Shown here one piece after another: positions 31,695 to 41,535 of a stretch of DNA of 64,000 nucleotides. Numbering within the stretch: the first letter of the stretch is position 1; each line of letters opens with the position of its first letter. The notes under the pieces are model-generated. The model did not search any database, was not told the origin of the DNA, and worked only from the letters and a program-made list of their open reading frames with translations. Both the position numbers and the translations under genes were made by a program. Source of the DNA: Candidatus Dormiibacterota bacterium (GTDB lineage: Bacteria > Chloroflexota > Dormibacteria > Aeolococcales > Aeolococcaceae); NCBI GenBank assembly GCA_963709585.1, contig CAVPXI010000014.1, positions 64,001-128,000 on the forward strand, in the 5' to 3' direction.

Positions 31695-33130
31695 CCGCGG
31701 ATCCTCTTGAGGTTGAACAGCATCGCCGGAACGACCAGGATGAACAGCACCACGGCAAGCGCGGCGGCGAGTCCCTGGCCCGTCGTAGTCTCGAAGTCGT
31801 TGTAGATGTCCACCGCGATCGTGGCCGCCCCTGACTGCGATGACGGCGCCGCCATGTTCAGGATGATGTCGAAGATCTTGAGGACGTTGATGAGCATTGT
31901 GACGAATACCACGACGAGCACCGGCATCAGCATCGGCACGGTCACCCGGCGCAGGGTCTGCCACTCACTGGCACCGTCGATCTGCGCAGCCTCGAGCACC
32001 TCGCGGTTCAAGGCGGCGAGCCCGGCGCCGATGACCACCATCGCAAAGCCTGCCCAGATCCAGAGGTAGCCGATGATCATCGCGATGTCTACGATCGGCA
32101 AGCTCAGGATCGCCTGCATTGTCGGGCTCAACGAGCCGGTCGGCGTCAGCGATTGCGTGCCAAGAAAGAAGATGCCGCTGAAGCCTGCATGGAAGTTGCT
32201 GGCGTCGATCTGCACCCGGTAGTTGCCCGAGCCGACACCGTCGAACTTGAACGTGCCATTCGCCGCCGTGGTGGTGGTCGCCGTAGCGGAGCCGCCTGAG
32301 CTCAGCAGCGAGAGATGCAACCCCGGGACGCCATCCTCGTCGGGGAATATCTGGCCTCGCTGAGTGGGGTGAGTCGGTGAGAAGTCACGCCACACCAGCC
32401 CGGTGACAGCTCCCGACGCCGCCGTCGGCGCCACCGCCGCGACCGCTCCGTTCTGCTGCAACGCCGTGGGACTGATCGCGATGAGTCCGAGTTCGAGGGT
32501 GCCTCCCGCAGCGACGGTCGTCTTGCTCTCGAGGGTGCCCCCCGGTCCCGGCTGCACCCCGGTGGCGGCCAGGCCCGACACGGTCTGACCGGTGGTCGGG
32601 TCGATCGGGTACAGCCCCGGGGGATTGACGGCGTTGCTGACTCCCTGAATCGCGGCGTTGACCATGCCGGTATGGGGATCGATGAAGAAGATCGACGCCC
32701 ACGTCAACCCCGCGGCGGTCGCGCTGAACACGAGCGGCATGAACACGATCGTCTTGAATGCCGTCGACCAACGAATGCGTTCGGTGAGCACCGCGAAGAC
32801 GAGGCCGAAGAACGTGACCAGGAACGGAAACAGCACGACCCAGACGACGTTGTTCTTGAGCGAGACGATGATGTCGGTCGTCGAGAAGACGGCTTTGTAG
32901 TTGCCGAGCCCGATGAAGTTCTGGCCGCTGGCATCGAACAGGCTCCGCACCACGGTGGCGATGAACGGATACACCACGATGATCAGCAGCCAGACAGCAC
33001 CTGGAAGGAGGAAGAGCAGCGAGCCGAGGTGGCTTCGGAAGCCGCCCCCGCCCGCCGGCGTGCTCGTGGTCGGCAGGATTTCCGCGGGCGCAGCCGGCAG
33101 GGATTCGGAGGTCGGAACGGCTACCGCCAC
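31691..33130 (-). CDS. carbohydrate ABC transporter permease (MalF/AglF type) with a large extracytoplasmic insert
   Basis: FIGLGNY, WIWAGFAMV, LEAAQIDGASE, LKIFD; ~180-aa beta-rich loop insert. Confidence 0.9.
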   Translation of the reverse strand: MAVAVPTSESLPAAPAEILPTTSTPAGGGGFRSHLGSLLFLLPGAVWLLIIVVYPFIATVVRSLFDASGQNFIGLGNYKAVFSTTDIIVSLKNNVVWVVLFPFLVTFFGLVFAVLTERIRWSTAFKTIVFMPLVFSATAAGLTWASIFFIDPHTGMVNAAIQGVSNAVNPPGLYPIDPTTGQTVSGLAATGVQPGPGGTLESKTTVAAGGTLELGLIAISPTALQQNGAVAAVAPTAASGAVTGLVWRDFSPTHPTQRGQIFPDEDGVPGLHLSLLSSGGSATATTTTAANGTFKFDGVGSGNYRVQIDASNFHAGFSGIFFLGTQSLTPTGSLSPTMQAILSLPIVDIAMIIGYLWIWAGFAMVVIGAGLAALNREVLEAAQIDGASEWQTLRRVTVPMLMPVLVVVFVTMLINVLKIFDIILNMAAPSSQSGAATIAVDIYNDFETTTGQGLAAALAVVLFILVVPAMLFNLKRIRG

Positions 33131-33320
33131 GTTCGAGCCTTCACCACAGTGCCGGAGATGCTACTTGTGCGGACGGGCGACCGCAACCCCGGTATCACCC
33201 ATTGGTATGAGAACCGATCTGAGGCAGTTGCGTTTCGCGGACAGGTGGAGTACACCGATGCATTACGCACTGGATCGCCGGGGGCTGGGCGAGGGTTTTG
33301 CCCCCGTGAGGAGGACCTTT

Positions 33321-34706
33321 ATGACGCAGGTCAGCACGCTGAGCAGGCTGGCGGTGGTGACGGCCGGAGTCCTGGGAATCGCGACCGCATGCGGTTCGAC
33401 ATCGACGCCCGCAACGTCATCGAGTTCGAGCTCATCGAGCGCGAAGATCGGCGGATCGGTCACGGTCTGGGCCGAATGGACGTCACAGGAGCAGCAGGAC
33501 TTCCTGGCCGCGCTGGCGCCGTTTGAGGCGTCGACTGGCATCACCGTGAACTACCAGGGCAAGGGCAACAACATGAGCACCGTGCTCACCACCGCGGTGT
33601 CGGGCGGGTCACCGCCGGACGTGGCCCTCGTCGCCGACCCGGGCACGCTGCAAACCCTGGCCAAGCAAGGCTCGATCAAGGATCTGACCAGCATCGTCGG
33701 CGGCATGGCCTCCAACTTCGGTGCCGCCTGGAACACGCTGGCGACCTACAACGGCAAGCTGTACGGCGTGTGGTTCAAGGGCGCGAACAAGAACACCATC
33801 TTTTACAACCCGGCGCTGTTCACCGCGGCGGGCATCACGTCGCCGCCCACCACGTGGGAGCAGCTGCTCACCGACGCCGCGCAGCTGAAGGCAGCCGGCG
33901 AGACACCCTTCTCGTTGTGCACCGACATCGGCTGGCCGGTCGCGGATATGTGGCAGAACATCTATCTCAAGACCGCCGGCGCCGCGGACTACGACAAGCT
34001 GGCGACGCACACGCTCAAGTGGACCGATCCGACGGTGACCACGGCCTTCACGACCATGGCCCAGCTGGTCGGCCAGACCTCGTACTTGCTTGGTGGACTG
34101 CAGGGTTCGCTGTCCCTCACGTACCCGACGTGCGCGGACAAGGTGTTCCCCAAGCCACCGGCGCAGCCGCAGGCGGCGATGGTGGCCGAGGGCGACTTCG
34201 TGGTCAGCGAGATCGCCGGAAACTCCGCTAATTACAACCCGGGGACGACCGGCGCCGGCGGCGCGGCGTGCACCGCGAGCCCCGCGAGCAAGCCGTGCTT
34301 CGACTTCTTCTCATTCCCGGCGCCGGCAGCGGACAGCGCGAACAGCGGAGCCATCCAGGGTGCGGGTGACGTGGCGATGATGCTGAATGCGACGCCACAG
34401 GCGACCGCGCTCATCAAGTACCTTGCCGGCCCCGAGGGCGGCACCATCTGGGCTCACCTGGGTGGCTTCGCGTCGCCTAACAACCAGGTGAAGACGAGTG
34501 CCTACCCGGATCCCGTCACCCAGGCCGACGCCCAGGCCCTGGTCAGCGCGAGCAGCTTCGTTTTCAGCCTCGACGATCTCCAGGGAAGCTGGGAGCCGAA
34601 GATGTGGGCGGATCTGATCGACTTCCTCAAGAACCCCAGCAGCTCGAACATCTCCTCGATCGAGTCGACGATGGACACGCAGGCGGCGGCCGCTCTCGGC
34701 CACTGA
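33321..34706 (+). CDS. carbohydrate ABC transporter substrate-binding lipoprotein (AglE-like)
   Basis: RBS GAGGAGG, lipobox ATAC, Ser-rich linker, PPDVA, IFYNPALF, PTTWEQL, GWPVAD. Confidence 0.9.
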   Translation: MTQVSTLSRLAVVTAGVLGIATACGSTSTPATSSSSSSSSAKIGGSVTVWAEWTSQEQQDFLAALAPFEASTGITVNYQGKGNNMSTVLTTAVSGGSPPDVALVADPGTLQTLAKQGSIKDLTSIVGGMASNFGAAWNTLATYNGKLYGVWFKGANKNTIFYNPALFTAAGITSPPTTWEQLLTDAAQLKAAGETPFSLCTDIGWPVADMWQNIYLKTAGAADYDKLATHTLKWTDPTVTTAFTTMAQLVGQTSYLLGGLQGSLSLTYPTCADKVFPKPPAQPQAAMVAEGDFVVSEIAGNSANYNPGTTGAGGAACTASPASKPCFDFFSFPAPAADSANSGAIQGAGDVAMMLNATPQATALIKYLAGPEGGTIWAHLGGFASPNNQVKTSAYPDPVTQADAQALVSASSFVFSLDDLQGSWEPKMWADLIDFLKNPSSSNISSIESTMDTQAAAALGH

Positions 34707-34727
34707 CCAAGTCACCTCGCGCAAGCG

Positions 34728-34765
34728 CGGCCGGTCCGGCTCGGAAGCACGAGCCGGGCTGGCCG
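34728..34765 (+). terminator. GC-rich stem-loop after the substrate-binding gene
   Basis: CGGCCGGTCCGGCTCG-GAAGCA-CGAGCCGGGCTGGCCG; 16-bp stem with two G-U pairs and no U tract. Confidence 0.55.
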
Positions 34766-34839
34766 ACAGCGCACCATCCGGGGGGCTGCGCCGGGTAACC
34801 CGAATGCTAGGCTCCGGCAGCGTGGAGGAACGCGCTGTC

Positions 34840-35868
34840 GTGAGCCCAACGCCGCGAGGATTGCTCACCCGTTTTCTCAACGGCTCCGGCGTGGAGCTCG
34901 GGCCGGGTCATCACCCGATGCCCCTCCCCTTTCCGGGCGTTTCGGTCCGCTACGTGGACCGCTGGCAGCCCGAGGAGAACCTCGCCTTGTTCACCAACAT
35001 CGAGGCCGGGGCAACGTTTCCCAAGCCCGACATCGTCGCCAACCTCGACGTCGACCGCCTCTCGGCTCTTCCTGACGAGAGCCAGGACTTCGTGATCGCG
35101 AGCCATCTGCTCGAGCACCTTGCCGATCCACTCACGCAGATCGACGAGATCCACCGGGTCCTGAGGCCGGGCGCGGTCGTACTCGTCTTTCTTCCCGATC
35201 GGCGCTACACGTTTGATCGCAAGCGGTCCGCGACCCCACTCGCGCATCTCATCGCCGAGCATCGAGAACGGGTCACCGTTGTCAGCGACGAGCACATCGA
35301 GGATTACCTGCGAAAGACCGACGTCTGGGACCCCTCATGGACGCCGGAGCAGGAGCGCGAACAGTTCGAGCTGAACCGCCAGCGATCGATTCACGTCCAC
35401 TGCTGGTCGGAGGACGAATTCCTGCCGGTGCTCGAGTACACCGTCCTCGAGATGGGGATGCGCTGGGAGCTGCTCGACGCCATGTTTGTCGAAGACGTTC
35501 CCGGGGGATTTGAATTCGGATTCGTGCTGCGCCGCTCGCCGGTGGCGGCGGAGCCCGCAGTGATGGCGGAACACCTTCGGCTGTCCTGGCAGGTGCTCGC
35601 GTCGAAGTCGCGCCAGCACGCCGAGGCTGAGCGGCAGATTGCACGGCTCCGTGCGCTGCCGGGCTTTCCGGTGATGCAGCGCGCGTGGCGCGTGCAGCGC
35701 CGGCTGCGCCAGGATTTGACCAGGGCGCTCGACGGCACGCGGGCGGCGACCGTGTTCTCGAGCGGACGTCGCTCGCTAGGCTTGCAACACCGCCGCGACC
35801 GCGCCCACGACGAAGATCAGGGCAAGGTAGGCGAGCGAGTAGTGGAACAGCACCGCCGCAGCGTGTGA
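34840..35868 (+). CDS. class I SAM-dependent methyltransferase domain protein
   Basis: GVELGPG, YVDR, DFVIASHLLEHLADP, RVLRPG; the 3' end overlaps cyoE by ~90 bp. Confidence 0.8.
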   Translation: MSPTPRGLLTRFLNGSGVELGPGHHPMPLPFPGVSVRYVDRWQPEENLALFTNIEAGATFPKPDIVANLDVDRLSALPDESQDFVIASHLLEHLADPLTQIDEIHRVLRPGAVVLVFLPDRRYTFDRKRSATPLAHLIAEHRERVTVVSDEHIEDYLRKTDVWDPSWTPEQEREQFELNRQRSIHVHCWSEDEFLPVLEYTVLEMGMRWELLDAMFVEDVPGGFEFGFVLRRSPVAAEPAVMAEHLRLSWQVLASKSRQHAEAERQIARLRALPGFPVMQRAWRVQRRLRQDLTRALDGTRAATVFSSGRRSLGLQHRRDRAHDEDQGKVGERVVEQHRRSV

Positions 35869-36729
35869 TGACCCTTTCGCCCGAGCCCAAAGCGCCAGCC
35901 CGAGATAGCAGCCGCCGAGCACACCGGCTCCCACCGTGTAACCGATGCCGAGCATGAGTCCTGGGAGCAGGCTCGCAGCGATCAGGGCAAGCAGGTACAG
36001 AAGGATCCGCCGGTGGGTCCGGGCGGTACCGATGATCCCCGGGAGCATCGGCACGCTCGCGTTGCGGTAGTCACGTCGAAGCAGGAGCGCCAGCGACCAG
36101 AAGTGTGGCGGGGTCCACAGGAATACCAGCGCAAAGAGCACGAACGCCGGCCATCCGACGTTGTCCTGGACCGCCGCCCATCCGACGAGCGGTGGAAACG
36201 CGCCGGCGGCGCCACCGATGACGATGTTGAGCGGTGTTCTGCGCTTGAGCAGCATGGTGTAGATGAGGACGTAGAAGAGCCCGCCACCGAGCGCCAGCGC
36301 TGCCGCCAGGGTGTTCACGGCAACACTGAACACCACCACCGACGCGACGATCAGCGAGACCCCAAAGGTGAGCGCCTGCCACGGAAGAATGCGACCCGAC
36401 GGGAGCGGACGGCTGCAGGTCCGCGCCATCACCCGGTCGATGTCGCGGTCGTACCAGCAGTTGATCGCGCCGGAGCCTCCGGACGCGAGCGCGCCGCCGA
36501 GCGCCGCCCAGAAGAGCAGCGGGAGTGATGGAACGCCGCGCGCGGCGATGAACATCGTCGCGACTTCGGTGATGAGCAGCAGGACGATGATTCGGGGCTT
36601 GGCGAGGCTGATGTAGTCGCGAGCGTTGGCTCGGATGTCGGTCGACATGCCGAGTGCGACCCCGCCGGCAGCTCCGGCCACGCCGATGGCGTCCGGTGGG
36701 CTCATCGCGATGTCTGCGCTGGTTTGCAT
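35776..36729 (-). CDS. cyoE: protoheme IX farnesyltransferase (heme o synthase)
   Basis: LAKPRII, NCWYDRDIDRVMART..RPLP, YTMLLKRRT..NIVIGGAAG, WTPPHFW, VPMLP. Confidence 0.95.
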   Translation of the reverse strand: MQTSADIAMSPPDAIGVAGAAGGVALGMSTDIRANARDYISLAKPRIIVLLLITEVATMFIAARGVPSLPLLFWAALGGALASGGSGAINCWYDRDIDRVMARTCSRPLPSGRILPWQALTFGVSLIVASVVVFSVAVNTLAAALALGGGLFYVLIYTMLLKRRTPLNIVIGGAAGAFPPLVGWAAVQDNVGWPAFVLFALVFLWTPPHFWSLALLLRRDYRNASVPMLPGIIGTARTHRRILLYLLALIAASLLPGLMLGIGYTVGAGVLGGCYLGLALWARAKGSSHAAAVLFHYSLAYLALIFVVGAVAAVLQA

Positions 36730-36737
36730 GCCCTCTC

Positions 36738-37265
36738 CTACGCGCTGCCGGTCCGCGATGTGCCCAGGAGCGTGGTGATCTCGGCATTGAAATCCGCAAC
36801 ACTCATGGTCCCCAGTCCTCCGAGCACGACGTCGGCGACCTTGCCCTGCGTGCTGAGAAAGACCAGCGCCGGCGCCGATGGTATCCGGTAGTCGACGGCG
36901 AGCGTCGCATTGGTGTCCGCGATGCTGGCATAGGGCACCCGGAATGTCGATTGAAACGCGAGTGCCGGCCGCGTCGTGTCTCGCAGGTCGATGCCCAGGA
37001 ACGAAACACCGCGGGCGGACCACGTCGCGAACGCGGTGTTCAACGCGGGCTGCTCATCGTGGCAGGGCCCGCACCACGATGCCCAGAAGATGAGCACCAC
37101 GGGATGGCCGCGCAATGAGGTGATGCTCACGTCCTTCCCGGCGAGCGTTGGGCCACCGGACGCGCTGACCTGCTCGGACGGGGCCGATGTCACGTGAGGC
37201 GCACCGCAGGCGGCGACGAGCACGGCGACCGCGCAACCTAGCACGACACGACGATTGCCGCTCAC
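36738..37265 (-). CDS. TlpA/ResA-like thiol-disulfide oxidoreductase lipoprotein
   Basis: Lipobox VAAC; VVLIFWASWCGPC. Confidence 0.88.
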   Translation of the reverse strand: MSGNRRVVLGCAVAVLVAACGAPHVTSAPSEQVSASGGPTLAGKDVSITSLRGHPVVLIFWASWCGPCHDEQPALNTAFATWSARGVSFLGIDLRDTTRPALAFQSTFRVPYASIADTNATLAVDYRIPSAPALVFLSTQGKVADVVLGGLGTMSVADFNAEITTLLGTSRTGSA

Positions 37266-38710
37266 GGTTGCGGAGCCACCGCGTTCGCCGCGGATCGGTC
37301 ATCGACCTCGAACCACCGGATTCCCAGGTAGAGCAGCGCGATGAGGAAGGGTGTGCCGCCCGGGACCCACATCACACCGGCGGCGATCTCCTGGTCCGCG
37401 AGCAGGCTGAGGCCTCCGGTCGGCGTCGGGTACGCGTACAGCGGATTGGTCGCGTATGCGATCAGGATGGCGAGACCCCAACTCACGAACATCCCAAGCA
37501 GGACCACCGCCGCGCGCCCCAGCAGTGACAGTCGCCCGGTTGCGTGGAGCGGGCTGATCACCTGGTCCCAGAACAACAGCCCGACCACGAGAAACGTCAG
37601 GTGCTCGAGATCGTGTACCGATGCGATCCGCAGCGTCGCGTCGTAGATGGCAGGGGTATGCCAGACGAGGAGGTCGACGCTGAACGCGAGCACGACCACG
37701 CTCGCAGCTCTCGAACCCGAATGGAGTACGTGCACGACACGTGCCGGCCACGTTCCCTCGACTTCGATCGGCCGTCCCTGGGCGGCCAGATACCCGGCCC
37801 ACGCGGTTCGAAACGGATCAGCAAGCAGGATGAGTGGAGGTGCGACCAGCAGCAGGAGGACGTGCTGCACCATGTGATCCCACTGCAGCGTGGTGTCGAA
37901 GTACGAGATCGGTGACACCAGCGCGAGCAGGAGCGCACCGATGCCGAGCGCGAACGCCGTATCCCCGTTGTCCCATGTTGTTCCGCGTCCCAGGGCCACA
38001 GAGGCTGTTCGCCGCCCGCGCCAGTACAGATAGGCCGCGGTGGCACAGCCCACGATCGGTACTGGTTCGAAACTCCAGTTGAGCAGCGGTGGCCAGAGCA
38101 TGCCTGCGGATGAGGCGTACTGGATCAGCAGGTATACCGCGATGGAGACGCCGGTAATGTAGGCCCACTGCTCCAGGATGGCCCGGGCATGCGCCGAACC
38201 GAGGCGATCAGTGCCGCGCACGTGCCCCATGATCAGGCTGAGCAACCAGGCCGCGACCCCGATGAACTCAGCAAGCAGGACCGCATACCACAGCGTCGAG
38301 ATATCAGCGTACGTACCGGCGCTGTTGAGCGTCCAGTTGAACTGGTACATGAGTAGGATCCTCACGGCCCCCGTGAGCACTGTGGCCAGGAATGCCAACC
38401 AGAGCAATCCCGTGACCGCGCTGGATTCGCGTGCGCTGCTGACAGCATTCGAAACCGCCAGGAGAGCGACCACCCCGACGACCGGGAACGCGAGTGCGAT
38501 CAACGCCAGCACCTGCGGCGGCGTACCGACGCCACTCGGGTGCCACATGCTCCCGAAGTTATTGGCTCGCAGATACAGGAATGCGAAGAGCAGGCTCAAC
38601 TGAAGCGTCGTGTTCGACGCGATCACCAGCCGCGAACTGAAGATGAGCGTATGCCCGCCACCTTGAGTCTCGTCCATAACGGATAGTCCGGTGGGACTGG
38701 CCTCACTCAT
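37262..38710 (-). CDS. heme-copper oxidase subunit III-like domain fused in frame to a CtaG-type (Caa3_CtaG) assembly factor
   Basis: N-half has LFAFLYLR..WHP...GTYA...QWAY (subunit III-like). C-half from Met 38101 has HMVQHVLLLLVAPPL, WHTP.Y, HDLEH, DQEIAAGVMW. Confidence 0.75.
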   Translation of the reverse strand: MSEASPTGLSVMDETQGGGHTLIFSSRLVIASNTTLQLSLLFAFLYLRANNFGSMWHPSGVGTPPQVLALIALAFPVVGVVALLAVSNAVSSARESSAVTGLLWLAFLATVLTGAVRILLMYQFNWTLNSAGTYADISTLWYAVLLAEFIGVAAWLLSLIMGHVRGTDRLGSAHARAILEQWAYITGVSIAVYLLIQYASSAGMLWPPLLNWSFEPVPIVGCATAAYLYWRGRRTASVALGRGTTWDNGDTAFALGIGALLLALVSPISYFDTTLQWDHMVQHVLLLLVAPPLILLADPFRTAWAGYLAAQGRPIEVEGTWPARVVHVLHSGSRAASVVVLAFSVDLLVWHTPAIYDATLRIASVHDLEHLTFLVVGLLFWDQVISPLHATGRLSLLGRAAVVLLGMFVSWGLAILIAYATNPLYAYPTPTGGLSLLADQEIAAGVMWVPGGTPFLIALLYLGIRWFEVDDRSAANAVAPQP

Positions 38711-38712
38711 GC

Positions 38713-40643
38713 TCAGGCTCCACTCAATGCCGGTACGGCAGGTCCGAAGTCTGCCGCCGGCTTCCCAGTGTCGTAATTGTCTGGGAGCGACCACGAAACC
38801 GGCATCCGATCAAAGTTGAAGGTGGGCACCGGCGTCGGCACCTGCCACTCGACGCCGAGCGACTCCCATGGGTTGGCTGCGGCGACACGCTGCTTGATGA
38901 CAACCTCCCAGATGAGAATGCCGAGGAAGAGCGACATGGAGAGACCCAGCGCGAGCGCGAAGATCGACGCGCTGTCGTTCAGCGGTTGGAGGTACGCTGC
39001 ATAGCTGATGTCGCGGCGCGGCATCCCGAGAATTCCAACGGCGATGAGCGAGATGAACGTCCCATTGAAGGTGAGGAACACCGCCCAGAACTGGTAGCGC
39101 AGGAGCTTGATGTCCATGGTCCGGCCGGTCATCTTCGGAAGGTAATAGACGATCCCGGCCATGAGCGCGAAGACCTCCCCACCCATGATCGTGTAGTGGA
39201 AGTGTGCCTGCACGAAGTAGCTTGCATGGAGCGTGAAGTCGCTCGGGACGTCGGAGAGAAAGACGCCCGTGAACCCACCGATCAGGAAGTTGAAGAAGAA
39301 GGCGAAGATGAAGAGCATCGGGGTGCCGAAGCGAGTTCGAGCGCGCCATAGCGTTCCCAACGCCACCAGGTAGATGATCCCCGTCGGCACCGAGATCATC
39401 TCCGTGGAGAACATGTAGAAGGGTCGCAGCGAGGGTGCGATGCCGCTGACAAACAGGTGGTGCTGCCAGACCACGAAGCTCAGCACGCCGACACCGACCA
39501 TGCCGCCGATTCCTACGCGACGTCCCCAGAGCGGCTTTCTGGCGAAGGCCGGGAGCATCTCCATGACCAGGCCAAAGGCGGGGACGACAAAGATGTAGAC
39601 CTCGGGGTGGCCGAAGAACCAGAAGAGGTTCTCCCACAAGTACGGCGAGCCACCACCCGCGGGGATGAAGAACGTCGCCTGATAGGTGCGGCTGAACATC
39701 TCCATCAGGACCGCGACGATCAGTGCTGGCGCTGCGAGCGCGCCGAGGAACGACGTCACCAGCACTGACCACACGAATACCGGCATCCGGCTCAGGGGCA
39801 TCTCCGGAGCCCGCTTGGTCAGGATCGTCGCGATCATGTTCAAACCAGACAGCGCGATCGAGAGGCCGATCAGGGCGAAGCCCATGAGGTAGGAGTCCAT
39901 GCCGAGGACGTTCTGGTCGGAGAGCGGCGCATAGCCCGTCCACCCCGTGGTGAAGCCACCGAGAAAGACCGTGGAGAGCAGGATCAAGCCGCAGGCGGGA
40001 GGAGCCAGAACGTGAGCGCCTCGAGGCGCGGGAATGCCATGTTGCGCGCGCCGATCATGATCGGCACGAAGTAGTTGCCGAACGGACCGATGATCGCTGT
40101 CGACGCCATGAAGATCATCAGCGTGCTGTGAAGGCCAACCAGCGTCAGATATGACTGGGCGTTCGCCACCGACGGCACGGGAGTCAGCAGCTCGGTCCGA
40201 ATGAACATGGCCCCCAGCCCGCCGATGAACAGGAAGGCGAGGATCATCACCATGTACTGCATTCCGATCACCTTGTGATCGGTGGTCATGCGGAAGTACC
40301 GAAGGAGGCCCCCGCCCTCACCGTGCAGGTAGGCGTTGTCCTCCTCGGTGGGCCTCTTGGCGCCGAAAAGACGGCCGATCGGGTAGTTGAAGAACCCCAT
40401 GCCGGCAAGGAATCCGGCGGCGCTCATGGCGTAGCCGAGCAGAATCCCGGGATCGGAGCCAAGCGAGGTCGGTTCGCCGCCGGCGCCGTAGAAGTTGGAG
40501 ATGGCTCCACTGCCGAGGGCGTACCCGGCGATGAAGCCGATCACTGCGCCGATCAGTCCGAGCAACAGCCCCCACTCATTGAGCCGCCGTGCCAGGGTCG
40601 GCCGTGTCGACATCGATGGCCGGGCGGTGGTTACAGCGTCCAC
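38713..40643 (-). CDS. ctaD: heme-copper oxidase subunit I, -1 frameshift at ~39990
   Basis: TDHKVIG, heme His LVGLHS, GWTGYAPL, WFFGHPEVY, WQHH, AHFHY, GMPRR. Adding one G at ~39990 restores the frame. Confidence 0.92.
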
Positions 40644-40680
40644 ATCTGCTCCCTCGTGTGTGTATGCGAGTAGAACGCGG

Positions 40681-41532
40681 TCACGGCGCGTAGACCCCCG
40701 GCTGGGGGAGGTTCGAGCCGGCGTAAACATGGCTGTAGGGCGGGAGGTACTGCATCACCGGGGCATCCAGCGCCGTCTGCTGCTGAATCCACGCGGAGAA
40801 ATCCGTGGCGCTCACCACCATCGCGGTGTCGTCGGTCATGTTGCCGTGCCAGAGACCGCAGAGCTCGGAGCACTGGACGCGATAGGTGCCTGTCTGCGTC
40901 GGCGTCGCGGTCACGACGTTGTCGTTGAGAGGCACGGCGTCAGCCTTCACGCCGAGCGCGTAGAACCAGAACGAGTGGATAACGTCCAGCGACGTGACGT
41001 GGAACTCAATTTTCTGGTTGACGGGTAACACGAGCTGAGCGGTCTCGATGCCGCCATATGCTGGATATCGGTAGGTGAACCACCACTGCTGGGCGATCAC
41101 CTGCACCTCGAGTGGCTGATCGGCCGTCGCCGGCATCGGCAGCGAGGCTGCGGTGGTTGAGATGCCGGCCCCCGGCTGGTCGATGGCGAGCGCCACGGTG
41201 CCGTAGACAGCCAGGCTCAGCACGACGACGAGCGTGGTCGCGATCCAGGTGGTCTGGGCCCGCGTATTGCCTCGAAGCTCGCTCGCGCTCACCTCGGCCG
41301 TGGGCGGGGCCAGTCGGTTGACCACCAGGGTGAAGAACAGCGCCGCAAGGACCGCGGAGAAGACGGGCCACGCGATCACAGAGAGCACCAGGATCACGAG
41401 GCTCTCGCTGGAGGCGAGGTCAGAGGCTTGCCCCGGCGGGATCGGGCCGAGCGCCAGCGCCACATCGCCGGCCACGGCGAGGACGAACCAGACGATGAGC
41501 ACGACCCGGATTGCGGTGGCTCTGTTTCTCAT
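40681..41532 (-). CDS. ctaC: heme-copper oxidase subunit II (CuA), no cytochrome c extension
   Basis: Two TM helices, AQQWWFTYRY, TSLDVIHSFW, CuA motif CSELCGLWHGNM. Confidence 0.93.
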   Translation of the reverse strand: MRNRATAIRVVLIVWFVLAVAGDVALALGPIPPGQASDLASSESLVILVLSVIAWPVFSAVLAALFFTLVVNRLAPPTAEVSASELRGNTRAQTTWIATTLVVVLSLAVYGTVALAIDQPGAGISTTAASLPMPATADQPLEVQVIAQQWWFTYRYPAYGGIETAQLVLPVNQKIEFHVTSLDVIHSFWFYALGVKADAVPLNDNVVTATPTQTGTYRVQCSELCGLWHGNMTDDTAMVVSATDFSAWIQQQTALDAPVMQYLPPYSHVYAGSNLPQPGVYAP

Positions 41533-41535
41533 CGG

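Noticed and set aside
39984-39992. Programmed frameshift or naturally split oxidase subunit I
   Set aside because: There is no slippery heptamer, the break falls inside a TM helix, and it matches the window-wide single-indel pattern.
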